Positions 49,716 to 60,535 of a stretch of DNA of 64,000 nucleotides are shown here, in pieces. The position numbers and the translations under genes are program-made. The stretch comes from Smithella sp. (GTDB lineage Bacteria; Desulfobacterota; Syntrophia; Syntrophales; Smithellaceae), in assembly GCA_035524255.1 (NCBI GenBank), contig DATKPG010000002.1, positions 92,192-156,191 of the forward strand, given 5' to 3'. A model generated the notes under the pieces. The model searched no databases. It was not told the DNA's origin and saw nothing but the letters and a program-made list of their open reading frames with translations. Position 1 is the stretch's first letter, and each line of letters begins with the position of its first letter.

Positions 49716-51584
49716 ATGGATAACTATGATGTTGCGGTAATCGGCGGCGGACATGCCGGCTGCGAAGCGGCTCTGGCTTGCGCGCGCGTGGGTTGCCGGA
49801 CAATCCTATTTAATATTAATTTGGATTCGATAGCGCTGATGTCGTGCAATCCCGCAATCGGGGGATTAGCCAAAGGACAACTGGTCAAGGAAATTGACGC
49901 TCTCGGCGGTGAGATGGGCAAGGTTACCGATAAAACCGCCGTGCATTTTCGCATGCTCAATGCTTCCAAAGGACCTGCCGTTCATTCATCCCGGATGCAG
50001 TGCGATAAACAACTCTATCGCCTTACAATGAAAGCGGTAGTTGAAAATCAGCAAAACCTGAATATCCGGCAGGCCATGATTGAGAGCCTTGTGATTGAAA
50101 ACGGCATGATAAAAGGTGTGCTGGACCAAAGCAGTCATTTCTACGGCGCGAAAAAAGTTATCATTACCACCGGCACTTTTCTAAACGGCCTGGTGCATGT
50201 CGGCGCTTCACAAACTCCTTCAGGACGCGCCGGAGAACTTGCTTCTACTGGGCTTGCACAAAATCTCAAACAACTGGGTTTTGATATCGGCAGAATGAAA
50301 ACGGGCACCCCGCCCCGCCTGCGCGCTTCCTCCATTGATTTTTCCCGGTTAGAGAGACAGGATAGCGATCCCGAACCTAAGCCCTTTTCCTTTACCACGA
50401 CAGTCCTGAGGCCTGAGCGTCTGCCTTCTTATTTTACTGCCACGTCCGCCGAAACACATCGTGTGATTCGTGAAAATATTCAGCACTCACCGCTATATTC
50501 AGGCGTTATTAAAGGAGTGAGCGCCCGTTACTGTCCCTCGCTGGAAGATAAAGTCATGCGGTTTGGCGAGCGCGAAAGTCATCCGGTCGTTTTGGAGCAT
50601 GAAGGACTGGACACGCAGGAAGTATATGCTAAAGGTTTAGGCAACTGTCTGCCGCTGGAATTGCAGTATAAGATTGTGCGCAGCGTGAAAGGATTGGAGC
50701 ATGCCCAAATCATGCGTCCCGCTTATGCTATCGAATATGATTTTGTTCAGCCCACACAACTCAAACCCACACTGGAGACAAAATTGGTCGCAGGCCTGTA
50801 TCTCGCAGGTCAGATAAACGGCACGTCCGGTTATGAAGAAGCGGCGGCGCAGGGTCTTTGGGCCGGCATCAATGCAGCGCGCGCCGTACAGAAGGCGCCT
50901 GCGTTTATTCTGGATCGTTCCGAGGCCTATATGGCGGTTATGATCGATGATCTCGTTACGCGCGGCGTGGATGAGCCCTATCGCATGTTTACCTCGCGCG
51001 CCGAATATCGCCTCATTCTACGGGAAGACAATGCCGTCATCCGCTTAATGGGCAAAGGCTGTGAACTGGGTCTGATTGATCAGGCGAACTATCTCACGCT
51101 TCAGGATAAAATAAAAAAGATTGCTGAGGGCATTGAGCATCTCAAGGCATCGTCCGTAAAACCAACCGTGGAAACAAACGAGCAACTGGCTGGGCTCAAT
51201 ACCCCGCCTTTAAATAATCATACGACGCTTTACGGACTGCTGAAACGTTATGAATTATCTTATGACAGTCTGGCCGGATTTCCCGGATGGGAACCGCAAA
51301 CCGATGCGTTTGTCAAACAGCAGATTGAAATTGAAACCAAGTATGAAGGCTACATTAAGCGACAGTTCGATGCCGTTAAAAAATTAAAGGAACAGGAAAA
51401 AAAGAAAATTCCGCCGGACTTTGATTATTCAGCGGTTCCCGGCCTCTCCAACGAGCTTCAAATCAAGCTCACCCGTATTGCTCCCGCGACTATCGGTCAA
51501 ATGGAGCGCATTCCCGGTATGACTGAAGGCGCCATTTCGGCAGTGTTAATCATGATGAAAAAGCAGGAACTGCCCGGCTGTTAA
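49716..51584 (+). CDS. mnmG: tRNA uridine 5-carboxymethylaminomethyl modification enzyme MnmG (GidA)
   Basis: '[16 protein letters not shown]', 'GPRYCPSLE'-like '[11 protein letters not shown]' and '[16 protein letters not shown]'. The start is ATG 49716; GTG 49680 is possible. Confidence 0.95.
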   Translation: MDNYDVAVIGGGHAGCEAALACARVGCRTILFNINLDSIALMSCNPAIGGLAKGQLVKEIDALGGEMGKVTDKTAVHFRMLNASKGPAVHSSRMQCDKQLYRLTMKAVVENQQNLNIRQAMIESLVIENGMIKGVLDQSSHFYGAKKVIITTGTFLNGLVHVGASQTPSGRAGELASTGLAQNLKQLGFDIGRMKTGTPPRLRASSIDFSRLERQDSDPEPKPFSFTTTVLRPERLPSYFTATSAETHRVIRENIQHSPLYSGVIKGVSARYCPSLEDKVMRFGERESHPVVLEHEGLDTQEVYAKGLGNCLPLELQYKIVRSVKGLEHAQIMRPAYAIEYDFVQPTQLKPTLETKLVAGLYLAGQINGTSGYEEAAAQGLWAGINAARAVQKAPAFILDRSEAYMAVMIDDLVTRGVDEPYRMFTSRAEYRLILREDNAVIRLMGKGCELGLIDQANYLTLQDKIKKIAEGIEHLKASSVKPTVETNEQLAGLNTPPLNNHTTLYGLLKRYELSYDSLAGFPGWEPQTDAFVKQQIEIETKYEGYIKRQFDAVKKLKEQEKKKIPPDFDYSAVPGLSNELQIKLTRIAPATIGQMERIPGMTEGAISAVLIMMKKQELPGC

Positions 51585-52588
51585 CCGGGAACGCCCTGAC
51601 ATTTGTTATTTTTATCAGTTGTGAATAAGCGATGGCTGATAAATTGAATGAGTCTATTTGTCCTGAATATAAAGCTCCACAGAATCTTAAACAAGTCAAA
51701 CACATACTCTTTACCGTCAATGACTTCAATGTCATCATTAAAATTATAGGTATGTGTGCAAAAATTATCCGGATACCAATCATGATTAATGATCCTGATT
51801 GTCTCTTCATGATATTCATGCTCGTTTAGTACCAATACATTATTCAACGCTATAGAATGTCCGTATCTCCCTTCACAGTTTTGACCGGGACGGATTAATT
51901 TATCCTCTAGATAAAACAAACTTCCTGCCGGTCGGGCAGAGCGTCGGTCTGTAACAACAGGATTCTGAGGATGACTGTGCCAGGGACCATGGATGGTGTC
52001 CGCAAAGAAAAGGAATAATTCTTTACTTTCCTTTTGAGGTGACCCAATGATGTTTGTGAACATCCACAGCTTCTCATTTTTCATAAAAATAGTAGTATCT
52101 ACTGCACTAATGTTATCCATTATTGTTGCGTCCAATACCCATTTATCAGGGAAAGTTTCTGCTCTGTATAGTTCTATGCTTTTGTTTTGACGTGTTTCAG
52201 GGATCATATATGTATTGCCATCCCTTTCATAAAGAAAGGGATAGGAGAGATGATAATCCTTTACCAACGCTCTTTTGGGTTTGCCGTAAGTATTGTCATC
52301 AAAAATTTCTATATGACTGATAAGCGCTTTATTGTCACATAGACTGAAATCTTCAAAGAAGACATAGTTCTTTTTATCCCTCTTAATTATAAAAGGATCC
52401 GCATAAAAATGATTTCGTGGAGACATAATCTTAATACAATCATTAAAGACAAAACTGCCAGTACAGTCTTTCCTTTTGAAAGCTATAAACCACAATTCAT
52501 AGAAAAAAAACTTCCTGCAGGCCTTTTCACAAAGCCTTTTCGAATTTTCTTTGCCGATTTTGATTTTATTTTTAGCGTCAATGAACAT
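51581..52588 (-). CDS. hypothetical protein; resembles a beta-propeller-type domain family found in polysaccharide loci ('ADPF...FFED...LSYPF...YMIPE')
   Basis: 335 aa and AT-rich. The motif pattern recalls the bacterial domain family often auto-annotated as 'glucosamine inositolphosphorylceramide transferase-like'. This is from memory only. Confidence 0.55.
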   Translation of the reverse strand: MFIDAKNKIKIGKENSKRLCEKACRKFFFYELWFIAFKRKDCTGSFVFNDCIKIMSPRNHFYADPFIIKRDKKNYVFFEDFSLCDNKALISHIEIFDDNTYGKPKRALVKDYHLSYPFLYERDGNTYMIPETRQNKSIELYRAETFPDKWVLDATIMDNISAVDTTIFMKNEKLWMFTNIIGSPQKESKELFLFFADTIHGPWHSHPQNPVVTDRRSARPAGSLFYLEDKLIRPGQNCEGRYGHSIALNNVLVLNEHEYHEETIRIINHDWYPDNFCTHTYNFNDDIEVIDGKEYVFDLFKILWSFIFRTNRLIQFISHRLFTTDKNNKCQGVPG

Positions 52589-52755
52589 TAAGCTTATGTC
52601 CTTAGTGTTTGTTTATGCTAATATATAAACCCGCAGGGCTAATCAAGTGCCTTTTTCATTGACTTAGAAAACATTCTCATTTTATACACTTTGTGCAGGT
52701 CGTAAAAAAGCAATTTATTAAGTAAAAAATATTGTGACGCCACCGCATTTTAATT

Positions 52756-53754
52756 ATGTTTCCAAAACTATTTTCAACTTACAAGTCCTTTTTGAAGCCC
52801 TGGACAACCAAAGGTCCGGATGATTGGCGTTGCTTTAAGCTTGTTGACGGCAAAATTGTTCCACCACACAGTTGTGAAATAAACGCGGTTGATCACTGTA
52901 ATCTTGGATGTACGGATTGCAATCACGCGTCGCCGGCGGCAGTTCCAAGAATTGCCGAGCCGGATATTGTTTTGAGGGATCTTTCGCTTTTATTCAAATC
53001 ATACAAAGCAGACACGTTAAAAATTATTGGCGGTGAACCGCTGCTGCATCCTGATCTTCTTTCTCTTATCCGTGCTGTGCGCGAAAGCGGCATTTGTAAT
53101 AATATTGTTCTTGTCACGAATGGGACGCTTTTGCATCAAATGGATGGTGATATTTGGGATGCGCTTGATGAGGTTGAGCTTTCCGTTTATCCGGTAACAA
53201 GAAAACTGCTGGATCTGAATATGTCAACCATTTTACAAAATGCCGAAAAGCACAAGGTGAGATTATCCACATACCTGTATAAATATTTTCAGATTGCATT
53301 TTCGCTGGTTGGAACGACTGATGTGTCGCTGATACGGCGTATATACAAGACATGTCTGAGAGCACATATTTGGGGGTGTCAGTCGATCTATGAGGGATAT
53401 TTTTTCAAGTGTCCACAATGCATATATATTCCGAAAATTCTCAATCAATCGGTAGCATACGATTACAGAAAAGATGGTATAAAGATTAACTGCGCTTCCG
53501 ATTTTCAGGATATACTTAAAAATTACCTCATGTCCAAAGAACCATTATTTGCCTGCCGTTATTGTCTCGGCAATGTTGGCAAAATACGTACCAACACCAT
53601 GCCGATAACTTCCGAGTGGACATCTATTCATCGCGTTCCGACAGAGCAATTAGTTGACTATAATAAGCTCGGTTTTTTGGAAATAAGCGAAACTATTTAT
53701 GATATGAGCAACATACGCGTACAATATGAAGATGCGGAAAGAAGTTGCGGTTAA
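52756..53754 (+). CDS. radical SAM protein of unknown function
   Basis: 'CNLGCTDCNH' (CxxxCxxC) and 'IIGGEPLLHPD'. Additional C-terminal Cys pairs (CPQC, CRYC). Confidence 0.75.
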   Translation: MFPKLFSTYKSFLKPWTTKGPDDWRCFKLVDGKIVPPHSCEINAVDHCNLGCTDCNHASPAAVPRIAEPDIVLRDLSLLFKSYKADTLKIIGGEPLLHPDLLSLIRAVRESGICNNIVLVTNGTLLHQMDGDIWDALDEVELSVYPVTRKLLDLNMSTILQNAEKHKVRLSTYLYKYFQIAFSLVGTTDVSLIRRIYKTCLRAHIWGCQSIYEGYFFKCPQCIYIPKILNQSVAYDYRKDGIKINCASDFQDILKNYLMSKEPLFACRYCLGNVGKIRTNTMPITSEWTSIHRVPTEQLVDYNKLGFLEISETIYDMSNIRVQYEDAERSCG

Positions 53755-53815
53755 ATTGCATCATCATCCTGTATTTTACGGTTTTTAAAATAATTTTCTG
53801 CGGGCAAATCAAAAC

Positions 53816-54763
53816 ATGGATTATGAGAGAACAATTTTTTCTTTCTGGGAACCCAAGGGAAGCATGATCCCTTATTTAGATCTTTGCAGAAGGACATGGG
53901 AACGAAACCTTCCGGATTATGAAATAATTTTTCTGGACCATTCGAATATCGATCTATATTTGCCGGAAGGGACCTATGACATGACTGTACTCAAGAAGCT
54001 TACTTATATGATGCAGAAAGATGCCGTCATGGTTGCCGTGCTGAAGGAACACGGCGGTATCTTCATGGATGCCGATACGCTGGTAACGGCGGACATCGCC
54101 CCGCTAATACGGATGTTAAGAAATACGGAAGTTGTCATGTTCAGTACTCATTGCGGCTTTATGGCGGCAAAACCGGGCTCTCATCTCCTTACTTTATGGC
54201 AAAAAGGGATTCAGGAAAAATTGAATTTTCTTGGAGAAATAAGGGGCAACGCGCCGCATCTCCCATGGGATTTTTTCGCGAACAGCATGATGGCGGACGT
54301 AATGAGTAATATGATTGAGAGCCGCGGTTTGTTTCATATGATGCAAAAACATGTTGAGGACAAGTTTGTTCTTGCTTATCTGAAGATCACCAGAGATCAA
54401 AAAATGCTTACGCCCCGGTTTAAAATGCTGATTAATCGGATCGGTAATGCTCTGATGCGAAGAAAAAGAGAACTATATTTCCGGACAGTATTCAGACATT
54501 ATCTTACCATGTTGGATCGGTTGGAATACGGATTTATTCCCGAAGCCCTCTATTTCTCATCAAGAAGCATGACACCTGAAGAAAAGTATTGGAAGTTCTG
54601 GTTTGATAATCGCATTGACATACAGAAAGTTTTCACGCCGCATCAGATGGTTATAGGACTCCACAATTCCTGGACTCACCAATGGTACAAAGCATTATCG
54701 CAAAAAGATGTGCTTGAAAACGCCTCTCTTCTTTCGAGAACATTGAAACGCCTTTTAACCTGA
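53816..54763 (+). CDS. capsular-polysaccharide-synthesis family glycosyltransferase (Caps_synth/GT32-like)
   Basis: 'FSFWEPKGSMIPYLDLCRRTWERNLPDYEIIFLD' N-terminus typical of the family. 'FMDAD' DxD motif. Confidence 0.65.
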   Translation: MDYERTIFSFWEPKGSMIPYLDLCRRTWERNLPDYEIIFLDHSNIDLYLPEGTYDMTVLKKLTYMMQKDAVMVAVLKEHGGIFMDADTLVTADIAPLIRMLRNTEVVMFSTHCGFMAAKPGSHLLTLWQKGIQEKLNFLGEIRGNAPHLPWDFFANSMMADVMSNMIESRGLFHMMQKHVEDKFVLAYLKITRDQKMLTPRFKMLINRIGNALMRRKRELYFRTVFRHYLTMLDRLEYGFIPEALYFSSRSMTPEEKYWKFWFDNRIDIQKVFTPHQMVIGLHNSWTHQWYKALSQKDVLENASLLSRTLKRLLT

Positions 54764-54860
54764 ACGTCCACTGCATAGGTCACATGAAGAGAGTTGCCTG
54801 CATGACTAAAAAAAGATATTTCCGCTGCTTTGATTATTATGAAGAAACCAAAAGAATCAT

Positions 54861-55193
54861 TTATTTTTTTATTGAATCTAATTGAGCTTTTGCCTGAGAG
54901 AGTTTTTCTTTGTCCAGATAATATTTACCGTTATTCGTTTTAATGACCAGGCCGTCGGCTATCAGAAGGTTTAGCGCTTTGGGACGAATATTCCCCGTTC
55001 CCACACGAAAGAAATTTTTCCGTTCATCCTGAAGATTAACCGCTCTGGATTCTTTGAATGCCCGGGCTTCTTCCATTTCGGCAATAATCTTGAAACACAT
55101 ACGCCGCACGCCCAACCCACCCATATAAATTAACAGCACGACAAAGACAATAAAGGCGGCAATCAACAAAAGTATTTGTAAATAGATAGGCAT
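54861..55193 (-). CDS. small membrane-anchored hypothetical protein (110 aa)
   Basis: One N-terminal TM segment (ILLLIAAFIVFVVLLIYMGG) followed by a charged soluble domain. Confidence 0.5.
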   Translation of the reverse strand: MPIYLQILLLIAAFIVFVVLLIYMGGLGVRRMCFKIIAEMEEARAFKESRAVNLQDERKNFFRVGTGNIRPKALNLLIADGLVIKTNNGKYYLDKEKLSQAKAQLDSIKK

Positions 55194-55274
55194 ATTATGT
55201 TCTCATAGATGCGATTTTTTGGCGTCAGTTCATACACCTGATAAACCGGTTTGTCAATTTACCGGCCTGAATGT

Positions 55275-55916
55275 TCATTTTTTTATTAATTTCGCCAGTT
55301 CCATTGTCCGCCGCAGAATCAGCTGAGCGGATTGGATACCTGGCTTGTCATGTTCCATTCCCATATGAACTGCCGGATCAAAGTTTCCCGAACCGTTGAT
55401 GCTCGTCAATACCGAAGCGCCTAAGGGGCTGATTCCTTGATGGACACTGACGGGAATCATCTCCATACTCAGAAACATCAATATATGCGTCAGATGTGTT
55501 GTTTCGATACCGCCGTGCCGAAGCCATGCTGCCGCCATGCTCGCGCCGATTTTGTTTTTCATGCGGCCCGCCGTCAGGTTACCGAAAACAAACACACGGA
55601 ACCGGTCAAGCATCGCCGCCATCAGCGCGGAAGTGCGCATGAAATACACCGGGCTTGCCAAAACAATAATATCCGCTGTTTCTGCTTTTTCAAAGACAGC
55701 CTGCGCGTCATCCTTAATTGAACAATATTTGCCCCGCATTTGTTTGGTCAGACAGAAATTACAATGGATGCAGTCGCGAATTTTCAAGCCGGAAAGATGA
55801 ACAATATGATGTTCGATATTTTTTGCAGGTAGACTTTCAATCGCGCGGATCAGCACCGTTTCAACATTGCCTTTTTTTACCGGGCTGCCGGAAATACCTA
55901 ATATTTTGTATGTCAT
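55275..55916 (-). CDS. iron-sulfur flavoprotein / NADPH-dependent FMN reductase family (Isf-like)
   Basis: 'ILGISGSPVKKGN' and the compact Cys cluster 'CIHCNFC...C'. 'LASPVYF'. Confidence 0.8.
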   Translation of the reverse strand: MTYKILGISGSPVKKGNVETVLIRAIESLPAKNIEHHIVHLSGLKIRDCIHCNFCLTKQMRGKYCSIKDDAQAVFEKAETADIIVLASPVYFMRTSALMAAMLDRFRVFVFGNLTAGRMKNKIGASMAAAWLRHGGIETTHLTHILMFLSMEMIPVSVHQGISPLGASVLTSINGSGNFDPAVHMGMEHDKPGIQSAQLILRRTMELAKLIKK

Positions 55917-56169
55917 AAAGTTTCCTAAACAATATAAGCTCTAGTGTGATGAACAAACATTTGCCCGCTTTTTTCAAATATCCATGTGGCAGATTCTTCA
56001 AGCATCTGAACCATGGCATCAATATGATTATAGCGTAACTCCACAAAAAGGAAACAACAAAAAATAATTATTAGACGATAATTGGCTTGACTAATAAATC
56101 ATGTTACCATACCTTTTTTTGAAAAGGTCTGATAAAAAATAATATTTAATTGCCGGAGCTGAAACGGGT

Positions 56170-56976
56170 ATGAGAAAAACATACGTTCACGGTTACGATC
56201 ATCGGGAAAACATACGGCTGCAGGATCAAGCCTCAACGCTTCTGGAGTTACTGCATTCGGATACTTCATACCCGGCAGGCAGCCTTGTACTGGAAGCCGG
56301 CTGCGGCGTTGGCGCGCAAACGGTTACACTCGCTAAAAACAGTCCAGATGCTTTAGTTACTTCCATTGATATATCCGAGACGTCCGTTAATGAAGCAAGA
56401 ATAAGAGCAGCAGAGGCAGGTTTAACCAATGTTAAATTCGAACGGGCGGATATTTTCAATTTGCCTTATGAGCCGGACTATTTCGACCATATTTTTATCT
56501 GTTTTGTTCTGGAACATCTCCCGCATTCAGTCGAGGTACTGCAAACACTGAAAAAATACTTAAAGCGGGGCGGCACCATAACGGTTATTGAAGGAGATCA
56601 TGGCTCTGCCTATTTTTATCCTGACAGCGACGCGGCGCACAAGGCGATCGCGTGTCAGGTTGAGCTGCAACGAAAGGCTGGCGGCAACGCCATGGTGGGC
56701 AGAGAGCTTTATCCCCTGTTGTGCGAAGCAGGTTTTGAATCAATTCGAGTATCTCCCCGAATGGTCTATGTTGATTCCAGTAAACCGGAACTTGTCGAAG
56801 GTTTCACAAAAAAGACGTTCACGGCTATGATTGAGGGTGTTCGTGAACCGGCAATTAAATCGGGAATAATTCAACAAAGTATTTTTGAAAAAGGAATCAG
56901 GGATTTATACCGTACGGCGGAGCGCGACGGAGTATTTTGCTATACGTTTTTTAAGGCAATCGGAATCAAACGATGA
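56170..56976 (+). CDS. class I SAM-dependent methyltransferase
   Basis: Motif I 'VLEAGCGVGAQT' and post-I 'SIDIS'. Confidence 0.85.
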   Translation: MRKTYVHGYDHRENIRLQDQASTLLELLHSDTSYPAGSLVLEAGCGVGAQTVTLAKNSPDALVTSIDISETSVNEARIRAAEAGLTNVKFERADIFNLPYEPDYFDHIFICFVLEHLPHSVEVLQTLKKYLKRGGTITVIEGDHGSAYFYPDSDAAHKAIACQVELQRKAGGNAMVGRELYPLLCEAGFESIRVSPRMVYVDSSKPELVEGFTKKTFTAMIEGVREPAIKSGIIQQSIFEKGIRDLYRTAERDGVFCYTFFKAIGIKR

Positions 56977-57013
56977 CTGGAAAATCTGATACTACGGTAA
57001 AGACAAATAAATT

Positions 57014-57466
57014 ATGCGTAAAGCAGACAGGGAAGTAAAAGACAAAAAAGATATTGACAGTATCATCAGGCGTTGCCGGGTTTGCCGCTTGGCAATGTGT
57101 GACGGTAATCAGCCTTATATTGTTCCTCTTAATTTCGGTTATGATGGCAATTTTCTTTATTTTCATGCAGCGCCCGAAGGAAGAAAAATTGATATTCTAA
57201 GAAAGAATAATACAGTTTGTTTCGAGTTTGATATCCTCCATAATATAATTGAATCGGAAACTGCCTGTAAATGGGGATCGAGATACGAGAGCGTCATTGG
57301 ATCAGGCACAGCTAAAATATTAGAGGATGTAGAGGCCAAAAAAGATGCGCTTGAATGGATTATGCGTCAGTATGGATGCGAAACACGGGATTTTCCGGAA
57401 GAAATACTGAAAAAGACTCTGATTCTTTGCGTGCAAGTGCTTGAAATAAGTGGTAAATTCCGATGA
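57014..57466 (+). CDS. pyridoxamine 5'-phosphate oxidase-family (FMN-binding split barrel) protein
   Basis: 'CRLAMCDGNQPYIVPLNFGYDGNFLYFHAAPEGRK' is typical of the Pyridox_ox_2/NimA-like group. Confidence 0.8.
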   Translation: MRKADREVKDKKDIDSIIRRCRVCRLAMCDGNQPYIVPLNFGYDGNFLYFHAAPEGRKIDILRKNNTVCFEFDILHNIIESETACKWGSRYESVIGSGTAKILEDVEAKKDALEWIMRQYGCETRDFPEEILKKTLILCVQVLEISGKFR

Positions 57467-57805
57467 TAAATTTTTCCGCCAACTCAAACAAAACATTCAT
57501 ATAATGATTCATATACTATCAATTTATACATAAAATAATATTTTCACCCATTTATAAGTAAATAATAACCGAAAATGAAATTTTTGTATCACAAGAAACT
57601 TTCTTTTAAAAAAATATTGACTTTATGATTTTTAATCTTATACTCTAATTGTAAGTAAGATGCGGTATTTGTTATAACTTCTTATTAAATCTGATTAATA
57701 TAATGATAGCTTAAAATTAAAGCTAATCATTGACCTGCTTGTTGCCGGCAGCGCTTCTGTAAATATCAATTCAACCCTCAAATCACCCAAAGAGGATGTT
57801 GCGCT

Positions 57806-60412
57806 ATGAAAGAAAATATCAAAGCAATGTCTAAAAACAGAAAACAGGTTAAAGCTGCCAGAGAGGGAATATCTTCCCTCAAAAAAAATTCCTTATCAAA
57901 TAGGAAAGAAAAAGAAAAAAAGAAATCTGTATTAAAAGACACGGTTTCTTTGAAAAAGCCTGCGGCTGGGACGCTCAATAGCGGTGAGGCAGAAAGATAC
58001 CATGACTTCCTTGAAAATATTCAAGATGGGTGTTTTGAATTAGACCTTTCCGGAAATGTCACTTTTTTTAATAATTCGATATGCCGAATTCTGGGATACT
58101 CCGCCAAAGAATTGATGGGAATGAACTATCGGCGCTATACGGATGAAGAAACCGCAAAAAAAGCTGTTAAGGCATATAATAAAGTCTATAAAACAGGGAA
58201 ACCGATAAAAAAATTTAGTTGGCAGGTTGTGAGAAAAGACAACGCGAAAATATATATTGAAGGTTCTATATCGTTACGAAAAGATTCGTCAGGCAATCCG
58301 ATAGGATTTGTGGGAATTGTAAATGACATCACCGAACGTAAGCAGGCAGAGAAAGTTATCAGAGAAAGTAAAATACGTTTTAAATCGCAATATCACGGAA
58401 GCCCGATTCCGACATTCACCTGGCAGAAGATTGGCGGGGATTTCATTCTGGTGGAATGCAATAAAGCGGCGCTGGCTGTGACCGGAGAAAACATCAAAAA
58501 GTTCATCAATAAAACGGCACACAATATATATCGCGATCAACAGGATGTTCTGCGGGATATTCAAAGATGCTTTGAAGAAAAAGCAGTCATTAAGAGAGAG
58601 TTGCTTTCAGGGCATTTCATGCCCGGTAGAAATATAATAGCCACGTATGCCTTTGTGCCTGATAACCTTGTTATGGTGCATGTTGAAGATATTACCGAAC
58701 GCAAACGGACGGAGGAAAAATTACAGGAAAGCGAGGAAAAATACAGAAGCATTCTGGAGAACATTCAGGAGGCTTATTTTGAAGTCGATCTCGCCGGAAA
58801 CTTTACCTTCTTTAACAATTCATTATGCAGGCTGACAGGGAGCTCCAGGCAAGAATTGGCCGGTACGAATTATAGTGATTTCTCAGATAAAGAAACGTCA
58901 GCAAAAGTTTTTAAGGCTTTTAATAAAATTTACAAAACAGGTGAATCCAACGATGCACTTGATTGGCTTATTATAAGGAAGGATGGAACAAAAAGATACA
59001 TTGAATCTTCCGTATCCCTGAAAAAAGATTTATCAGGCAAGCCGACCGGGTTCAAGGGAGTCATACGCGATATCACCGAACGTAAATATATAGAGCAAAA
59101 ACTCGAAAAAATGGCAACCCATGATGCCCTGACCGGACTGCCCAACCGTTTGTTGTTCAGCCAGTTGCTCAACCACGCCATCCAGGCCGCGCGGCGCTAT
59201 CAGCGGCAGTTTGCCGTCTTTTTCATCGATTTGGATCGCTTCAAAATTATCAATGATACCATGGGGCATGAGGCAGGAGATCAACTGTTACAGGAAATTG
59301 CCGACCGGTTCAGACAATCGCTTCGCGCCGTCGATGTTGTCGGTCGTCTGGGCGGGGATGAATTCATTATTCTGATAGAGGAAGTGACCGAATTGAATCA
59401 GGTAGCAACCCTGGCAAAAAAGATACTTACCTCTACGATGAAACCGGTGATGATTCTGGGTCAAGAATGCCGCGTAACGGCCAGTATCGGCATCAGTATA
59501 TTTCCCATAAATGGGGAAGACGACCAAACATTAATGAAAAACGCCGATATTGCCATGTATTTCGCCAAGGAAGAAGGCAAGAACAATTATCAATTTTATT
59601 CCAAAGATATTAAAACACAATCAACCGAGCGCATGTCTATCGAAACAAATCTTCGTTTTGCACTGGAGAGAAAGGAATTTTTTCTGGACTATCAGGCCAG
59701 GTTGGATTTTAAAACCGGTATGATAACGGGTGTTGAAGCATTTCTGCGCTGGGAAAACCCGTATCTCGGCTCAGTAACCCCAACGCAATTTATTCCGGTG
59801 GCCGACGAAACAGGGCTGATAGTATCTATTGGCAAATGGGTGCTGAAAACAGTTTGCGCTCAGCATGCAATCTGGCAAAGCCAGGGTTTGCCCCCTGTCT
59901 GCATATCGGTAAATTTATCTCTCCGTCAACTTATGGATGATAATTTGGTAGAAGATATCAAAACCATATTGAAGGAATCCGGCATGGCGCCGAATCTTTT
60001 GGAACTGGAAATCAGTGAAAGTATGTTAATGCATAATCCTGCCTACATGATTAAGGTGCTGACCAGTATCAAAGAAATGGGAGTCCGTCTTGCCGTTGAT
60101 AATTTCGGAACGGGCTACTCTTCGCTCACTCAGATATCGCACTTCCCTATCGACACGCTCAAGGTGGACAGATCCTTCGTTCGCAACATCACGCGGGATT
60201 CTGATGATAAAGCTATTATTGAATCGATCATAAACATGGGCAAGCATCTGAGTCTTACTGTTGTTGCTGAAGGTGTGGAAACGCAGATACAGGATGATTT
60301 TTTGAGACAACTCATCTGTGACGAGATGCAGGGTTATTATTTCAGTAAGCCGGTTGCGCCCGATCAATTTGCCGATCTGTTGCGTACACATAACTCTTCT
60401 TCACGAAAATAA
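57806..60412 (+). CDS. cyclic-di-GMP signalling protein: three PAS domains - GGDEF - EAL
   Basis: Three 'DITERK' PAS/PAC ends. 'RAVDVVGRLGGDEF' (I-site plus A-site). EAL domain with 'EAFLRW', 'ELEISES', 'DNFGTGYSS', 'KVDRSF' and 'QGYYFSKP'. Confidence 0.93.
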   Translation: MKENIKAMSKNRKQVKAAREGISSLKKNSLSNRKEKEKKKSVLKDTVSLKKPAAGTLNSGEAERYHDFLENIQDGCFELDLSGNVTFFNNSICRILGYSAKELMGMNYRRYTDEETAKKAVKAYNKVYKTGKPIKKFSWQVVRKDNAKIYIEGSISLRKDSSGNPIGFVGIVNDITERKQAEKVIRESKIRFKSQYHGSPIPTFTWQKIGGDFILVECNKAALAVTGENIKKFINKTAHNIYRDQQDVLRDIQRCFEEKAVIKRELLSGHFMPGRNIIATYAFVPDNLVMVHVEDITERKRTEEKLQESEEKYRSILENIQEAYFEVDLAGNFTFFNNSLCRLTGSSRQELAGTNYSDFSDKETSAKVFKAFNKIYKTGESNDALDWLIIRKDGTKRYIESSVSLKKDLSGKPTGFKGVIRDITERKYIEQKLEKMATHDALTGLPNRLLFSQLLNHAIQAARRYQRQFAVFFIDLDRFKIINDTMGHEAGDQLLQEIADRFRQSLRAVDVVGRLGGDEFIILIEEVTELNQVATLAKKILTSTMKPVMILGQECRVTASIGISIFPINGEDDQTLMKNADIAMYFAKEEGKNNYQFYSKDIKTQSTERMSIETNLRFALERKEFFLDYQARLDFKTGMITGVEAFLRWENPYLGSVTPTQFIPVADETGLIVSIGKWVLKTVCAQHAIWQSQGLPPVCISVNLSLRQLMDDNLVEDIKTILKESGMAPNLLELEISESMLMHNPAYMIKVLTSIKEMGVRLAVDNFGTGYSSLTQISHFPIDTLKVDRSFVRNITRDSDDKAIIESIINMGKHLSLTVVAEGVETQIQDDFLRQLICDEMQGYYFSKPVAPDQFADLLRTHNSSSRK

Positions 60413-60535
60413 ATACAGAAGCGAATGTTTTTTTGCCGAATCTGATCTTTTTAAAGCGAAATGGCATTAGCAGTGATTTATATAATGGATTTGTAGTATT
60501 AAATTTTAAAATGGTTTTAGCTTATCAAAAATCAT

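Noticed and set aside
53263-53271. A perfect DnaA box, TTATCCACA.
   Set aside because: It is a single isolated 9-mer inside the radical-SAM coding sequence, far from dnaA. A chance occurrence is expected in 64 kb.
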